Shown here piece by piece: positions 25,985 through 38,245 of a DNA stretch of 64,000 bases. The position numbers and the translations under genes are program-made. A model generated the notes under the pieces. The model made no database searches, had not been told where the DNA came from, and worked only from the letters and a program-made list of their open reading frames with translations. The number at the start of each line of letters is the position of its first letter. Position 1 is the first letter of the stretch. This stretch comes from Octopus sinensis (Eukaryota), in NCBI RefSeq assembly GCF_006345805.1, contig NC_042997.1:43400001-43464000 (forward strand), read 5' to 3'.

Positions 25985-26610
25985 GTTTCTTTTCAACAAT
26001 AGCAAGTGTTCTGCATGGTGATCAGATAAAGACGAAGTGCGAAAAGAGAATATTCACCAAAAAAGCTAATGGTGTCTGTTTTGTGGTCCAGCGCTGGTGT
26101 CATATTCTACAGCTTCATAAGACCTGGTAAGTCAATTACAGCAGATGTATACATCAACCAGTTGGATGAAATGTTGAGTGAACTTGCAATTAAACAACCG
26201 AGATTGGTCAATAGAGGCAGGTCAATTCTCTTGCAAGACAATGCTTGACCACATGCTGCACAAAGAACGCTACTCAAGTTACAAGAACTCAACTTGGAAT
26301 TACTCTTTCATCTACCATATTCATCAGACCTTGCACTAACTGACTATCATGTTTTCCAGGCATTAGATTACATTTTGCAAGGAAAAATCTTCAAATCTGA
26401 AGAAGATGCAAAAACAGCCTTTCCTGATTTCATCACCTCTTACTCTCCAGAATTCTTTGCTGCCAGCATAAATAAGCTACTGATAAAATGGCAAAATTGT
26501 GTTGATAATTTAGGTGCATACTTTGATTAACTGCATTGCTTTTTGTTGAGATAAAGTAAAATAAACTTTCAATTCAAAATTAGACATTTCATTCTTAATG
26601 ATCTGATATA
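25985..26610 (+). pseudogene. Mariner (DD34D) transposase 3' remnant with right TIR
   Basis: Translates KKLMVSVLWSSAGVI...LLQDNA*PH...HLPYSSDLALTDYHVF...KWQNCVDNLGAYFD*. In-frame TGA at 26246-26248. TIR-like end followed by TA. Confidence 0.9.
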
Positions 26611-26658
26611 TATTATTTTATTTTAGTGTGTTTATAATGTGGGTGTATGTGCATATGC

Positions 26659-26689
<31 letters not shown>

Positions 26690-27186
26690 TTCTGCACCCC
26701 CCCACATAAAAAAGCACCATCCGAACGTGGCCGATGCCAGCACCGCCCTGACTGGCTTCTGTGCAGGTGGCACATAAAAAGCACCAACCGACCGTGGCCG
26801 ATGCCAGACCCCTCCGGCACCTGTGCAGGTGGCACGTAAAAAGCACCCACTACACTCGCGGAGTGGTTGGCGTTAGGAAGGGCATCAAGCTGTAGAAACA
26901 CTGCCAGACCAGACTGGAGCCTGGGGCAGCCCCTGGCTCCCCAGACCCCGGTCGAAACCGTCCAACCCATGCTAGCATGGAAAACGGATGTTAAACGATG
27001 ATGATGATGATGATGATATAAAAGGTAAGAAGAGTTAGTGGTTGTAGTAACTGACTAAGGGATAAAAATATCCGTATTTACTATCGGTATCAATTACCTG
27101 TGCTATCCCTGGGCATGGGTATGCAGGCACACTATGCTCATAGGGTACAGGTAACTACAGAATAAACAAAAGTTTATCAGAAATCA

Positions 27187-27599
27187 AATTTAAATAATCA
27201 GAAAATGGAGGAAACTTTTGATCAACAAACAAATTGGACCGCATCAGTAGATTATCTTTTAATACAAAACATGACATAACATTTCTCTGACAGCATTTCT
27301 TACGGCCGTTTCTGCTTCCAATATAAGTTGGTGCTTACAAAAGAATTTAGAAAATAATTGTACGCATATGTATTCACTCTGATGAAGCTCCATGTACTAG
27401 ATTGATGTGCTATGAAGATAACAAATATTATTTTCTAAATTCTTTTGTAAGCACCAACTTATATTGGAAGCAGAAACGGCCGTAAGAAATGCTGTCACAG
27501 AAATGTTATGTCATGTTTTGTATTAAAAAAATAATCTACTGATGTGGCCCAATTTGTTTGTTGATCAAAAGTTTCCTCCATTTTCTGATTATTTAAATT
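27187..27599. repeat. Long inverted repeat (~172-bp arms, 68-nt loop)
   Basis: 27187-27358 and 27427-27599 are reverse complements with few mismatches. CTGATGA lies in the loop and GAAACGGCCGTA in the right arm. Confidence 0.9.
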
Positions 27600-27614
27600 A
27601 TATACATATATATA

Positions 27615-27790
27615 TATTCCCTCTGTCCTCCCACCTCGAGATCTTTCTTTCTCCTATGTTTCCGACGAAGAGCTCTGCTCGAAACGTCATACCCTCCTTC
27701 TTCCCTTTTTTCCTGAGCGCCCAATAATACTTTAATTGTTCCACATCCTCGCGTTGTTGTCTTTTTGTTTTCTTGTTTGGATTAACTTTA
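27615..27790 (+). mobile_element. Penelope-like pLTR fragment with a decayed hammerhead (27658-27692)
   Basis: GTTT-CCGACGA-A-GAGCTCTGCTC-GAAA-CG-TC-ATAC. Flanked by (TA)n; same family as 11538-11730. Confidence 0.6.
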
Positions 27791-27794
27791 TATA

Positions 27795-27825
<31 letters not shown>

Positions 27826-28254
27826 CAAGCATGTGACATCAGTAATTATTCAGGGTAGGCAGTTGGTAATGTTTATGCAGTAAAACACACTTAAAAAATA
27901 AGTGAAACACTGGCACGCAACTGAGTTGGAGGCATATTTACTTCTGCCTTTATAACGCGCAGAGGAAACATTGTTGTAGGAATGTACGCAGCATGTGTAC
28001 CACAGCAGTTCTATGTGTAGCTTTAATGCTGAGATTGAAAGGCAGGGGCAAATTATGCTTACCTAATGTACAAAAAGATAAAATAGTTTGCATTTTATGC
28101 ATAGTAATCAGAGTAACCTTCATAATTTTATTGACTTTGGTGCATATTTTGCCATAAAAAGAAAATGCTACTGTCGATCTAGTTTATTCAGGGTAGGCAC
28201 TGCCTATCTAGGCACCATATACACACATTTATATATATATATATATATATAAAT

Positions 28255-28627
28255 GTAATGGTTGTTACCACCTCAATGTAGTTGTTCCATACAAAACACT
28301 ATTACTACTCTTTTTAACCCCAGGTGGACATCTCCTCCAGCTGGTTAATGACACATTATTTGTGTCTGTTATATTGCAAGCCAGGACTAAAAGCTGCCAT
28401 GTCTAGCAGGCAGGTATAACCAGTACCAATGAAGGGTTATACCCAGAAACCAGCTGGTTATTGGTTCTTGTCGGTGCTAGATGGGAGTTATTTGCTCCCT
28501 CGTTTGCAACATAACAGACACAAATAGTGTGTCATTAACCAGCTGGATGAGATGTCCTCCTGGGGTTAAAAAGAGTAGAACAGTGTTCTGTATGGAACAA
28601 CCATGTTGAGGTGGTATCAACCATTAC
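28255..28627. repeat. Long inverted repeat (~125-bp arms, ~125-nt spacer)
   Basis: 28255-28379 versus 28504-28627. The spacer holds a decayed hammerhead-like motif at 28418-28466. Confidence 0.88.
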
Positions 28628-28730
28628 TTTTTCGTAGAGTTACTACTTGCATCTCATATAGAGATTTTAGAATCAGCTACTTTGCTGGATGTAAGATCAG
28701 GTGAAGTGAAGAGTGTTAGCATTGTCTTAA

Positions 28731-28951
28731 CCCTTTCGTTACTGTATTTATTTTGAGATGCTCTGTGTTTCTTTCAATTAATCTTAAGTATAACACAGAA
28801 TTTAGTAAAATAACTTCATTATCATTCAGCTAGTGTTAGGAACATAAACTGTGACTAAGGTTTGGTGGAAGATTTTAATTCAAAACTTGTGAAAACAAGA
28901 CATTTGTACTCAGAGCCAGAGCCAGTTTCAGCCGGGTTGGTAACGAAAGGG
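28731..28951. mobile_element. piggyBac-like MITE (221 bp)
   Basis: TTAA on both sides; TIRs CCCTTTCGTTAC and GTAACGAAAGGG. Confidence 0.85.
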
Positions 28952-28956
28952 TTAAA

Positions 28957-29393
28957 CCCTTTTGATATCAATATACCTGAGACTACCTTTGGTTCCATGG
29001 TACAAATGTGTTGTTGCAAAAGGTTGAAATGAAAACCTCACATAAAAGTTTCCTGTTAATCTATGTCTCAAACATCAGATTAAGAATGACAAAGTTATTG
29101 TACTAAATTTGTCGTCACTTCAACCCTTTAGTGTTTGCATTATTCTACCAAAATTAATGCTTTTTAATCCACTTTGTTTTGAACTAATCATACATTATCT
29201 TGTAGCTATGAGATTTTGATGAGGTAGCTGTTAATTTTTAAAACGATATTGTAGGGTTGGTGTGAGAGACCAGATCTGGCCAGTTTGAACATAAAACAGG
29301 CAGAATACTTTTGGCCGGTTTAAATGCTAAAGGGTTAAAAGTAAATTGAAACAAAGGCTGTATGTTTCAACAGAAATATGGTAAACGAAAGGG
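28957..29393. mobile_element. Older related piggyBac-like MITE (inverted) with a second MITE nested at 29124-29334
   Basis: Outer TIRs CCCTTTTGATA and TAAACGAAAGGG. Inner TIRs CCCTTTAG and CTAAAGGG with TCAA/TTAA flanks. Confidence 0.7.
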
Positions 29394-29570
29394 ATTAGGC
29401 AATTTATCCAAAAGAGAGTGAAATCATGTGATTTGTATCTATATTAGTAATTAATAAACCTGGGCAAGACCGAGAACGGTTGTTAGTGTGTATGATGTGT
29501 TATATAGACACACCCTAGACACACATAACTTTTAATTGTGTCAGTTAAATTCAAAATGATATCTGCAGCT

Positions 29571-29789
29571 TTACTCTTTACTCTCTTTTACTCTTTTACT
29601 TGTTTCAGTCATTTGACTGCGGCCATGCTGGAGCACCGCCTTTAGTCGAGCAACTCGACCCCGGGACTTATTCTTTGTAAGCCCAGTACTTATTCTATCG
29701 TTCTCTTTTGCTGAACCGCTAAGTGACGGGGACGTAAATACACCAGCATCGGTTGTCAATCAATGCTAGGGGGACAAACACACACACAA

Positions 29790-29820
<31 letters not shown>

Positions 29821-29995
29821 CATACATATATACGACGGGCTTCTTTCAGTTTCCGTCTACCAAATCCACTCACAAGGCTTTGGTTGGCCCGAGGCTATAT
29901 CAAAAGACACTTGCCCAAGATGCCATGCAGTGGGACTGAACCCGGAACCATGTGGTTAGTAAGCAAGCTACTTACCACACAGCCACTCCTGCGCC
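29571..29995 (-). mobile_element. SINE family A
   Basis: Reverse-complement homology. Followed by a decayed + strand head fragment to ~30128. Confidence 0.9.
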
Positions 29996-30899
29996 TCTTG
30001 CTTTCCAACCATGTGGTCTCATGTTCAGGTCTACTGTATGGCACCTTGGACAAGTGTATTCTACAATAGCCCTCTCTGACTAAAACGTTGTGAGTGGATT
30101 TGTTGTATGGAAACTGAAAGAAACCCATTCTAATGGCTATGTTTCCACTCCCTCTCCCAGCTGAGAGACCTTTGTCTTACAGGTGTTGGTGCCATGTCAT
30201 ATGCATTTGTGCAAGTACCACATTAAATGCACTCTTGCCAGTATTGCATTAAATGCAGCTGTACTCATGCCACATTAAATGCACTCATGCTGGTGCCATA
30301 TAAAAGCAACCATACTGGTAGCATGTAAAAAGAACCCAGTCCACACTCTGTAAAGTGGCTGGCATTAGGAAGGGCATCCAGTGGTAGAAACCATGCCAGA
30401 ACATCCAATTGGAGCCTGGACCACTCTCTAACTGGCTCCTGTCAAACCATGCAACCCATACCAGCATGGAAAGCAGACATTAGATGATGATGGTGATATA
30501 TATATGTGTGTGTGTGTGTGTGCATGTATATATGTGTGTGTGTGTGTGTGCATGTATATGTGTGTGTGTGCATGTATATGTGTGTGTGCATGTATATATG
30601 TGTGTGTGTACCCATCTCTTGACATCACGGTTGTAAATGTGCATCACTTCCATACAAGTGATGTTGTTTGTTCATTTTCTGTCTTGTGTGTAAAGCAGGA
30701 CTGGCCCCTAGGAATACTGCTTGGCTTGGAATCTGGGGAGGGTTGGCAACAGGAAGGGCCTCCAATCATCGAAAATGTGCTTCAACAAATGTTTTTCCTG
30801 AAAGACTGGGAAGAAAGAATGTTGTTTATACCTATGATGGTGAGGATCATTTTATGACCATTGGCAAAAGGTTAACCCCCTCCTGCCCCCCGTGCACAC

Positions 30900-31108
30900 T
30901 CATTGTCCAACCGTGGTCGAGACAATGGAATTTACCATGCTACGCCAGACTTCACGGTCCATCATGGCATTACGGAGGTCCTGTTGCTGGATGCCTGTAT
31001 CCCTGGAGATTACATCAGGGTAGGAGGGTGTGCGCCCTCTGGTATTGCGAGTAGATAGCTTCCAGAGGAGAAGAGTAGAAATTACCTCGTTTTCAGCTCT
31101 ACAACAAT
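30900..31108 (-). mobile_element. RTE-like LINE 3' fragment (second copy)
   Basis: Highly similar to 19397-19605. Confidence 0.75.
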
Positions 31109-31213
31109 GTCCACTCATACACATAGCATTACCTAAGAGGCTGTTAATTGGGATGAGACCCATGAGCTTACAGTTGGATAGCAGGCTTGTCAACCACAAC
31201 AGTCACATCTATG

Positions 31214-31246
<33 letters not shown>

Positions 31247-31388
31247 ACACACACATGTAGAGAGAGAGAGGTACAGATAGGCAAATAGACACTCATTCAC
31301 ATGAACACACTTGTATACATGCATACATTCATAATATAATATAATATGATATATATTATATTATAGAATCTCGCTAGAACCTCCAATA

Positions 31389-31559
31389 GGCACAGGAGTG
31401 GCTGTGTGGTAAGTAGCTTGCTAACCAACCACATGGTTCCGGGTTCAGTCCCACTGCGTGGCACCTTGGGCAAGTGTCTTCTGCTATAGCCCCGGGCCGA
31501 CCAATGCCTTGTGAGTGGATTTGGTAGACAGAAACTGAAAGAAGCCTGTCGTATATATG

Positions 31560-31590
<31 letters not shown>

Positions 31591-31771
31591 TTGTCCCCCC
31601 GATGCTGGTATGTGTTTACGTCCCCGTCACTTAGCGGTTCGGCAAAAGAGACCGATAGAATAAGTACTGGGCTTACAAAGAATAAGTCCCGGGGTCGATT
31701 TGCTCGACTAAAGGCGGTGCTCCAGCATGGCCGCAGTCAAATGACTGAAACAAGTAAAAGAGTAAAAGAGA
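31389..31771 (+). mobile_element. SINE family A
   Basis: Homology to 908-1320. Shares an internal deletion with 18222-18560. Confidence 0.9.
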
Positions 31772-32189
31772 ATATGTGTGTGTATGTAGAAAGAGAGATA
31801 AGCAGGTTGATATAAATGCAAGAAGGGCAGAGATGTTGAAACATGGAATTGTGACGGAGATGTTGGAATGTAGTAATTCCAATAATTTTGTCATCCATCG
31901 TTATGCAAGCATCTTCTCCAATTCACTTGCACTCCCCTCACCACCTCCACATTTTGCTTGGGTGTCAAATGACTCAGTGTGTGTGTGTGTGTTTGATGGA
32001 TTAGATAACTGAAGCATCATCACTTTGGAATGGTCTGCTTGTTTAGAGACAGGATTCTCTGGCAGACTAAGTTTTCCTTCAGATATTACTTCTCTTCCAG
32101 AGAACGAATAAACGAACCCTAATAAAATGTTAAAACCCAAAAATAATTTTGCAGTTAAAATATGATTTCACACATGAAATATGTATACT

Positions 32190-32865
32190 TGCATGCATGC
32201 ACACATATATACATACATGCACACATACATACATGCATACATATATACATACATGCACACATACATACATGCATACATATATACATACATGCACACATAT
32301 ATACATACATGCACACATATATACATACATGCACACATATATACATACATGCACACATACATACATGCATGCATACATACATACATGCATACATATATAC
32401 ATACATGCACACATATATACATACATGCACACATACATACATGCATGCATATATACATACATGCACACATATATACATACATGCATACATACATACATGC
32501 ATACATATATACATACATGCACACATACATACATGCATACATATATACATACATGCACACATATATACATACATGCATACATACATACATGCATACATAT
32601 ATACATACATACATACATACATACATACATGCATACATATATACATACATGCACACATATATACATACATGCACACATACATACATGCATACATATATAC
32701 ATACATGCACACATATATACATACATGCACACATACATACATGCATGCATATATACATACATGCACACATATATACATACATGCACACATACATACATGC
32801 ATACATATATACATACATGCACACATACATACATACATGCATATATACATACATACATGCATGTA
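32190..32865. repeat. (CATA)n-derived ~18-bp minisatellite (GCACACATATATACATACAT-type units)
   Basis: Directly visible. Confidence 0.95.
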
Positions 32866-33160
32866 TGTTTTTTCTTCTACTCTCTCTCTCTCTCCCTTAT
32901 TTATTTGTATTTTTTCGCATTTCTTGCTAATGGAGAAAACACTGGTTTCTAGCTTAGAAACAAGGCTTTTTCACTGAAATTTAGACATCAGCAGAGTAAT
33001 GTGTTTGCATGTGTGTTGATGTATATGTGTGTGTTTGAGTATATACATGAGTGTGTGTTTGAATGGTATGAATGTATGTATGTTAATGTGTGCATGTGGT
33101 GTAAATATCAGAAATACTTGCAGAAATATTTGGCAGAGTTTCATTATTTATATATTATTT

Positions 33161-33554
33161 TTCTTTTATTCTTTTACTTGTTTCAGTCATTTGACTGCGG
33201 CCATGCTGGAGCACCGCCTTTAGTCGAGCAAATCGACCCCGGGACTTATTCCTTTGTAAGCCCAGTACTTATTCTATCAGTCTCTTTTGCTGAACCGCTA
33301 AGTGACAGGGACGTAAACACACCAGCATCGGTTGTCAAGCAATGCTAGGGGAACAAACACACACACATACATATATATATATGTATATATACGACAGGCT
33401 TCTTTCAGTTTCCGTCTACAAATCCACTCACAAGGCATTGGTCGGCCCAGGGCTATGGCAGAAGACACTTGCCCAAGATGCCACGCAGTGGGACTGAACC
33501 CGGAACCATGTGGTTGGTTAGCAAGCTACTTACCACACAGCCACTCCTGCGCCT
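33161..33554 (-). mobile_element. SINE family A
   Basis: Reverse-complement homology. Confidence 0.9.
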
Positions 33555-33888
33555 ATTATGTATACATTTTTTTTTTGGTGGAACTGACAAATAGCATTGG
33601 TGCTGCACTTGTCCTGACATCTTGCAGTTTGAGTCTGTATGCAATAATGTTTATACATGTATAAGGGCTTAAGTAGGGGTCAGTTACATTGCTGTTGATG
33701 AGTGCAAAATCATCTTATACGTATTGAGCTAAGTTTAGTACTGTTTATGTTCATGTGTGTGTAGATTGTGTGTGTGAGTGTGTGTATTCTGTGTGTTTGT
33801 GTGTGTGTAATTATCTGCCTCAACACGGCCACAATCCAAAGACTGAAAAAAGTAAAAGATAAAAGATTTGTGTGTGTGTGTGTATATG

Positions 33889-33921
<33 letters not shown>

Positions 33922-33929
33922 GGGGAGAA

Positions 33930-34245
33930 GGCGCACTCTGTTGGTTACAACGACAAGGGTCCCAGCTGATCCGATCAATGGAACAGCTTGCTCGTGAAAT
34001 TAACGAGCAAGTGGCTGAGCACTCCACAGACACATGTGTACCCTTAACGTAGTTCTCAGGGAGACTCAGTGTGACAAGGCCGACCCTTTGAAATACAGAT
34101 ACAACTCATTTCTGCCAGCTGAGTGGACTGGAGCAACATGAAATAAAGTGTCTTGCTCAAGGACACAACACGTCGCCAGGAATTGAACTCACGACCTTAC
34201 AATCGTGAGCTGAATGCCCTAACCACTAAGCCACACACCTTCACT
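33930..34245 (-). mobile_element. SINE related to family B (same head and tail, different middle)
   Basis: Tail is homologous to 9880-10030; head and middle are shared with 41920-42150. Confidence 0.75.
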
Positions 34246-34686
34246 ATATAACTAATTAGTTATCTGTCTATATATAGACACACACATGCATATGTATGTG
34301 CATGTGTGTATCTCTCTCTCTCTGTCTATCTATCTATCTATCTATATATTCACACATAATGTATGTAATGATATAAATATAATGATGTATATATGAATAT
34401 ATATACAATGTGTCGGTGGCACATAAAAAACACCATCCGAGCGTGGCCGTTCGCCAGCCTCGTCTGTCACCTGTGTCGGTGGCACATAAAAAGCACCCAC
34501 TACACTCTCGGAGTGGTTGGCGTTAGGAAGGGCATCCAGCTGTAGAAACACTGCCAGATCTGACTGGCCTGGTGCAGCCTTCGAGCTTCACAGACCCCAG
34601 TAGAACCGTCCAACTCATGCTAGCATGGAAAGCGGATGTTAAACGATGATGATATATGTGTGTGTGTGTATATATATGCCTGTCTG

Positions 34687-34717
<31 letters not shown>

Positions 34718-34769
34718 ATATATATATATATATATAGTAATGTATACATATGAATATATGTATATATCC

Positions 34770-35547
34770 TTTATCTTTTATATTTTACTTGTTTCAGTCA
34801 TTTTACTACGGCCATGCTGGAGCACCCCTTTGAAATTTTTTTTGAGCCAAACGTATTGACCCTAGTACTTATGCTTTTTTTTAAAGCCTGGTACTTACTC
34901 TGTTGGTGTCTTTTACTGAACTGCTAAGTTGCAGGGATGTAAACACACCAGCACTGGTTTCCACAACAGTGGTGGGAACAACAAACACAGACACGACACA
35001 CACACATGGGTTTCTCTCAGTTTCTGTCTACCAAATCCACTCAAAAGGCTTTAGTTGACCCAAGGTACTGAACTCTGTACCATGTGGTTAGGAAGCAAGC
35101 TTCTTACCACATAGCCACAACTGCACATATATATATCTTTTTTCTTTTATTTATTTATTTTTTTCTTTTACTTGTTTCAGTCATTTGACTGCGGCCATGC
35201 TGGAGCACCGCCTTTAGTCGAGCAAATCGACCCCGGGACTTATTCTTTGTAAGCCCAGTACTTATTCTATCGGTCTCTTTTGCCGAACCGCTAAGTGACG
35301 GGGACGTAAACACACCAGCATCAGTTGTCAAGCAATGCTAGGGGGACAAACACACACACATACAAACATATATATACATATATACGACAGGCTTCTTTCA
35401 GTTTCCATCTACCAAATCCATTCACAAGGCATTGGTCGGCCCGGGGCTATAGTAGAAGACACTTGCCCAAGATGCCACGCAGTGGGACTGAACCCAGAAC
35501 CATGTGGTTGGTTAGCAAGCTACTTACCACACAGCCACTCCTGCGCC
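34770..35547 (-). mobile_element. Two adjacent SINE family A copies (older 34770-35125, younger 35161-35547)
   Basis: Reverse-complement homology. Confidence 0.85.
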
Positions 35548-35613
35548 TATATATATATATATATGCATGTGTTTAAATTTAACTTAATTGAAAGCTTAGT
35601 TGGGAGATAAATT

Positions 35614-36402
35614 AAAATGTAACCACATTCATTCTATGCTTTAGACATGTGGGAAACAGACCGAGGAGAGTCACCTGATGAATTGCTTCATGGTTTATTA
35701 ACTACTTCTTAGATAAGACTATCCAGTTTCCTTCCCTAATTAATAGCATAGGAATATTCAGCTACTATATAAAGCATTTGTAAATTAGGCTACCACTGTA
35801 AAAGATAGCTTAATTTACATATTTATGTATGTATATATATAATTATTAATATTTGAGGGAATAAAATCCAAAATTTACAAGGAAAAAAAATTCAATTTAG
35901 AAGTACTAAATCAAATTTCACACAATATAATATTTAAATATATAAAAATTAGATAAAAAAACCACCTTTTATCAATTCAAAATGAACAATTAAATTACAC
36001 CATCCAGAAAATGTAACCACATTCATTCTATGCTTTAGACATGTGGGAAACAGACCGAGGAGAGTCACCTGATGAATTGCTTCATGGTTTATTAACTACT
36101 TCTTAGATAAGACATATCCAGTTTCCTTCCCTAATTAATAGCATAGGAATATTCAGCTACTATATAAAGCATTTGTAAATTAGGCTACCACTGTAAAAGA
36201 TAGCTTAATTTACATATTTATGTATGTATATATATAATTATTAATATTTGAGGGAATAAAATCCAAAATTTACAAGGAAAAAAAATTCAATTTAGAAGTA
36301 CTAAATCAAATTTCACACAATATAATATTTAAATATATAAAAATTAGATAAAAAAACCACCTTTTATCAATTCAAAATGAACAATTAAATTACACCATCC
36401 AG
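35614..36402 (+). repeat. Near-identical 394-bp tandem duplication
   Basis: 35614-36007 and 36008-36402. The only difference I saw is a 1-nt indel (gactatcc/gacatatcc). AAAAT microhomology at the junction. Confidence 0.92.
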
Positions 36403-36621
36403 AAAATTACATATAATAGAAAATATTAACATTAAAATAACAATAAAATGTCAAAGATTAAGTAAATTGCAAAAAATAATAATAATAACAACTTATATTG
36501 CAATTTACTTAATCTTTGACATTTTATTGTTATTTTAATGTTAATATTTTCTATTATATGTAATTTTCTGGATGGTGTAATTTAATTGTTCATTTTGAAT
36601 TGATAAAAGGTGTTTTTTTTC

Positions 36622-36634
<13 letters not shown>
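36334..36634. repeat. Near-perfect AT-rich inverted repeat (~138-bp arms, 25-nt loop)
   Basis: 36334-36472 versus 36498-36634, essentially perfect over the inner ~110 bp. Confidence 0.9.
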
Positions 36635-36671
<37 letters not shown>

Positions 36672-37830
36672 TATATCATCATCATCATCAATATATATAT
36701 ATTTGGGTCTTTGTTTTTGGCTCCATTAGTGTAGTCCTCAGGAATGTGGAGCAGTATCTTTGGCACCAATTTGGCTGCAGGAATTTCTGGAAGAATGTCA
36801 AGTTGCATATCAGACCACCCTAGGGTTGTCTGATGTATACCTGTTATGTAATTCATCAACAACACCAGTGGAACAGTGTTAGTAGGAGATAGACAAAACA
36901 GATTACAGGGACTTGCAGCCATTGTAAATCAAAGTAGGTATGGCATAAAAATGGTTAAGAAACATGGCCAGACACATACCATCTCCTGACCACTTGTATT
37001 TTCTTTCCATTAACGATGTTATCTCTTACAATTAGTTCTTAAATGAAACATTTTAATATTTCCATCTCAGAACATCAATTCTTTTGGATTCTCCACTTGC
37101 CTACCTTTTCTAACAGATACCTTTGACCTAGAGCCATATTAATCTCACAGGCCTGGCAAAGGCCTTAAGATTCTGAGAATAACATTAAAAGAAAATTGTT
37201 ATTCTGTTGTGACAAAAAGATTTTACTGAGATTTAGAGTGAAATGAATAAACTTAACATATAATGTGCATAGCTAATAAATTTGGACTTTTTATTTGCCA
37301 TGAGTATCATTGTTTAGCTGGTTGGTAGAAAATTAGACTTTAATGAGAAGTCTGAGAGAATTAAGCCCATCAGAATTGTTTTCTTTCTGTCATAAGGATT
37401 AAGTTTTTATAGACTATCGTTTCTGTACCGTGAAATTTTAATCACAAACTTCATTTTTAACTGAAGACTATTTTAACGGAATTATATACACCATCAGCCT
37501 CAGTGCCTCAGGCGCTGGGACTCTTACAAATCCACGGCATACATAGATCAGCTTTGGGCCTCTAGTCGTGTGGAACCCCTGGGCAACTGTCCAGCTTATT
37601 TATACTCGAAGATGGCATTGTATACGATAGCTTGTTGTTGTTTATTATCTCCAGAACAACTCAAATCGAGAGATCTGTGATTAAAGATATTCTAGCAGTG
37701 ACCTTACGTCTCTTCAGGATTAGTGTATTTAGGACTACACTATCCAGTAGTGCCTTGTTCCATTTCCTGAAGGCTGTAGGGTGGTTCGAGAGATGGTTTT
37801 GCTGTTACTTCTAGTTGCTCGATCATTGAC

Positions 37831-38245
37831 TTACTCTTTTACTTGTTTCAGTCATTTGACTGCGGCCATGCTGGAGCACCGCCTTTAGTTGAGCAAATCG
37901 ACCCCAGGACTTATTCTTTGTAAGCCCAGTACTTATTCTATCGTTCTATTCTATCTTTTGCCGAACCGCTAAGTGACGGCGACGTAAACACACCAGCATC
38001 GGTTGTCAAGCAATGCTAGGGGGACAAACACAGACACACACAAACATACACACACATATATATATATATATATACATATATACGACAGGCTTCTTTCAGT
38101 TTCCGTCTACCAAATCCACTCACAAGGCTTTGGTCGGCCCGAGGCTATAGTAGAAGACACTCGCCCAAGGTGCCACGCAGTGGGACTGAACCCGGAACCA
38201 TGTGGTTGGTAAACAAGCTACTTACCACACAGCCACTCCTGCACC
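37831..38245 (-). mobile_element. SINE family A
   Basis: Reverse-complement homology. Confidence 0.9.

Noticed and set aside
35675-35700. CTGATGA as another hammerhead core (also the duplicate at ~36069)
   Set aside because: No matching stem II, GAAA box or stem I found downstream.
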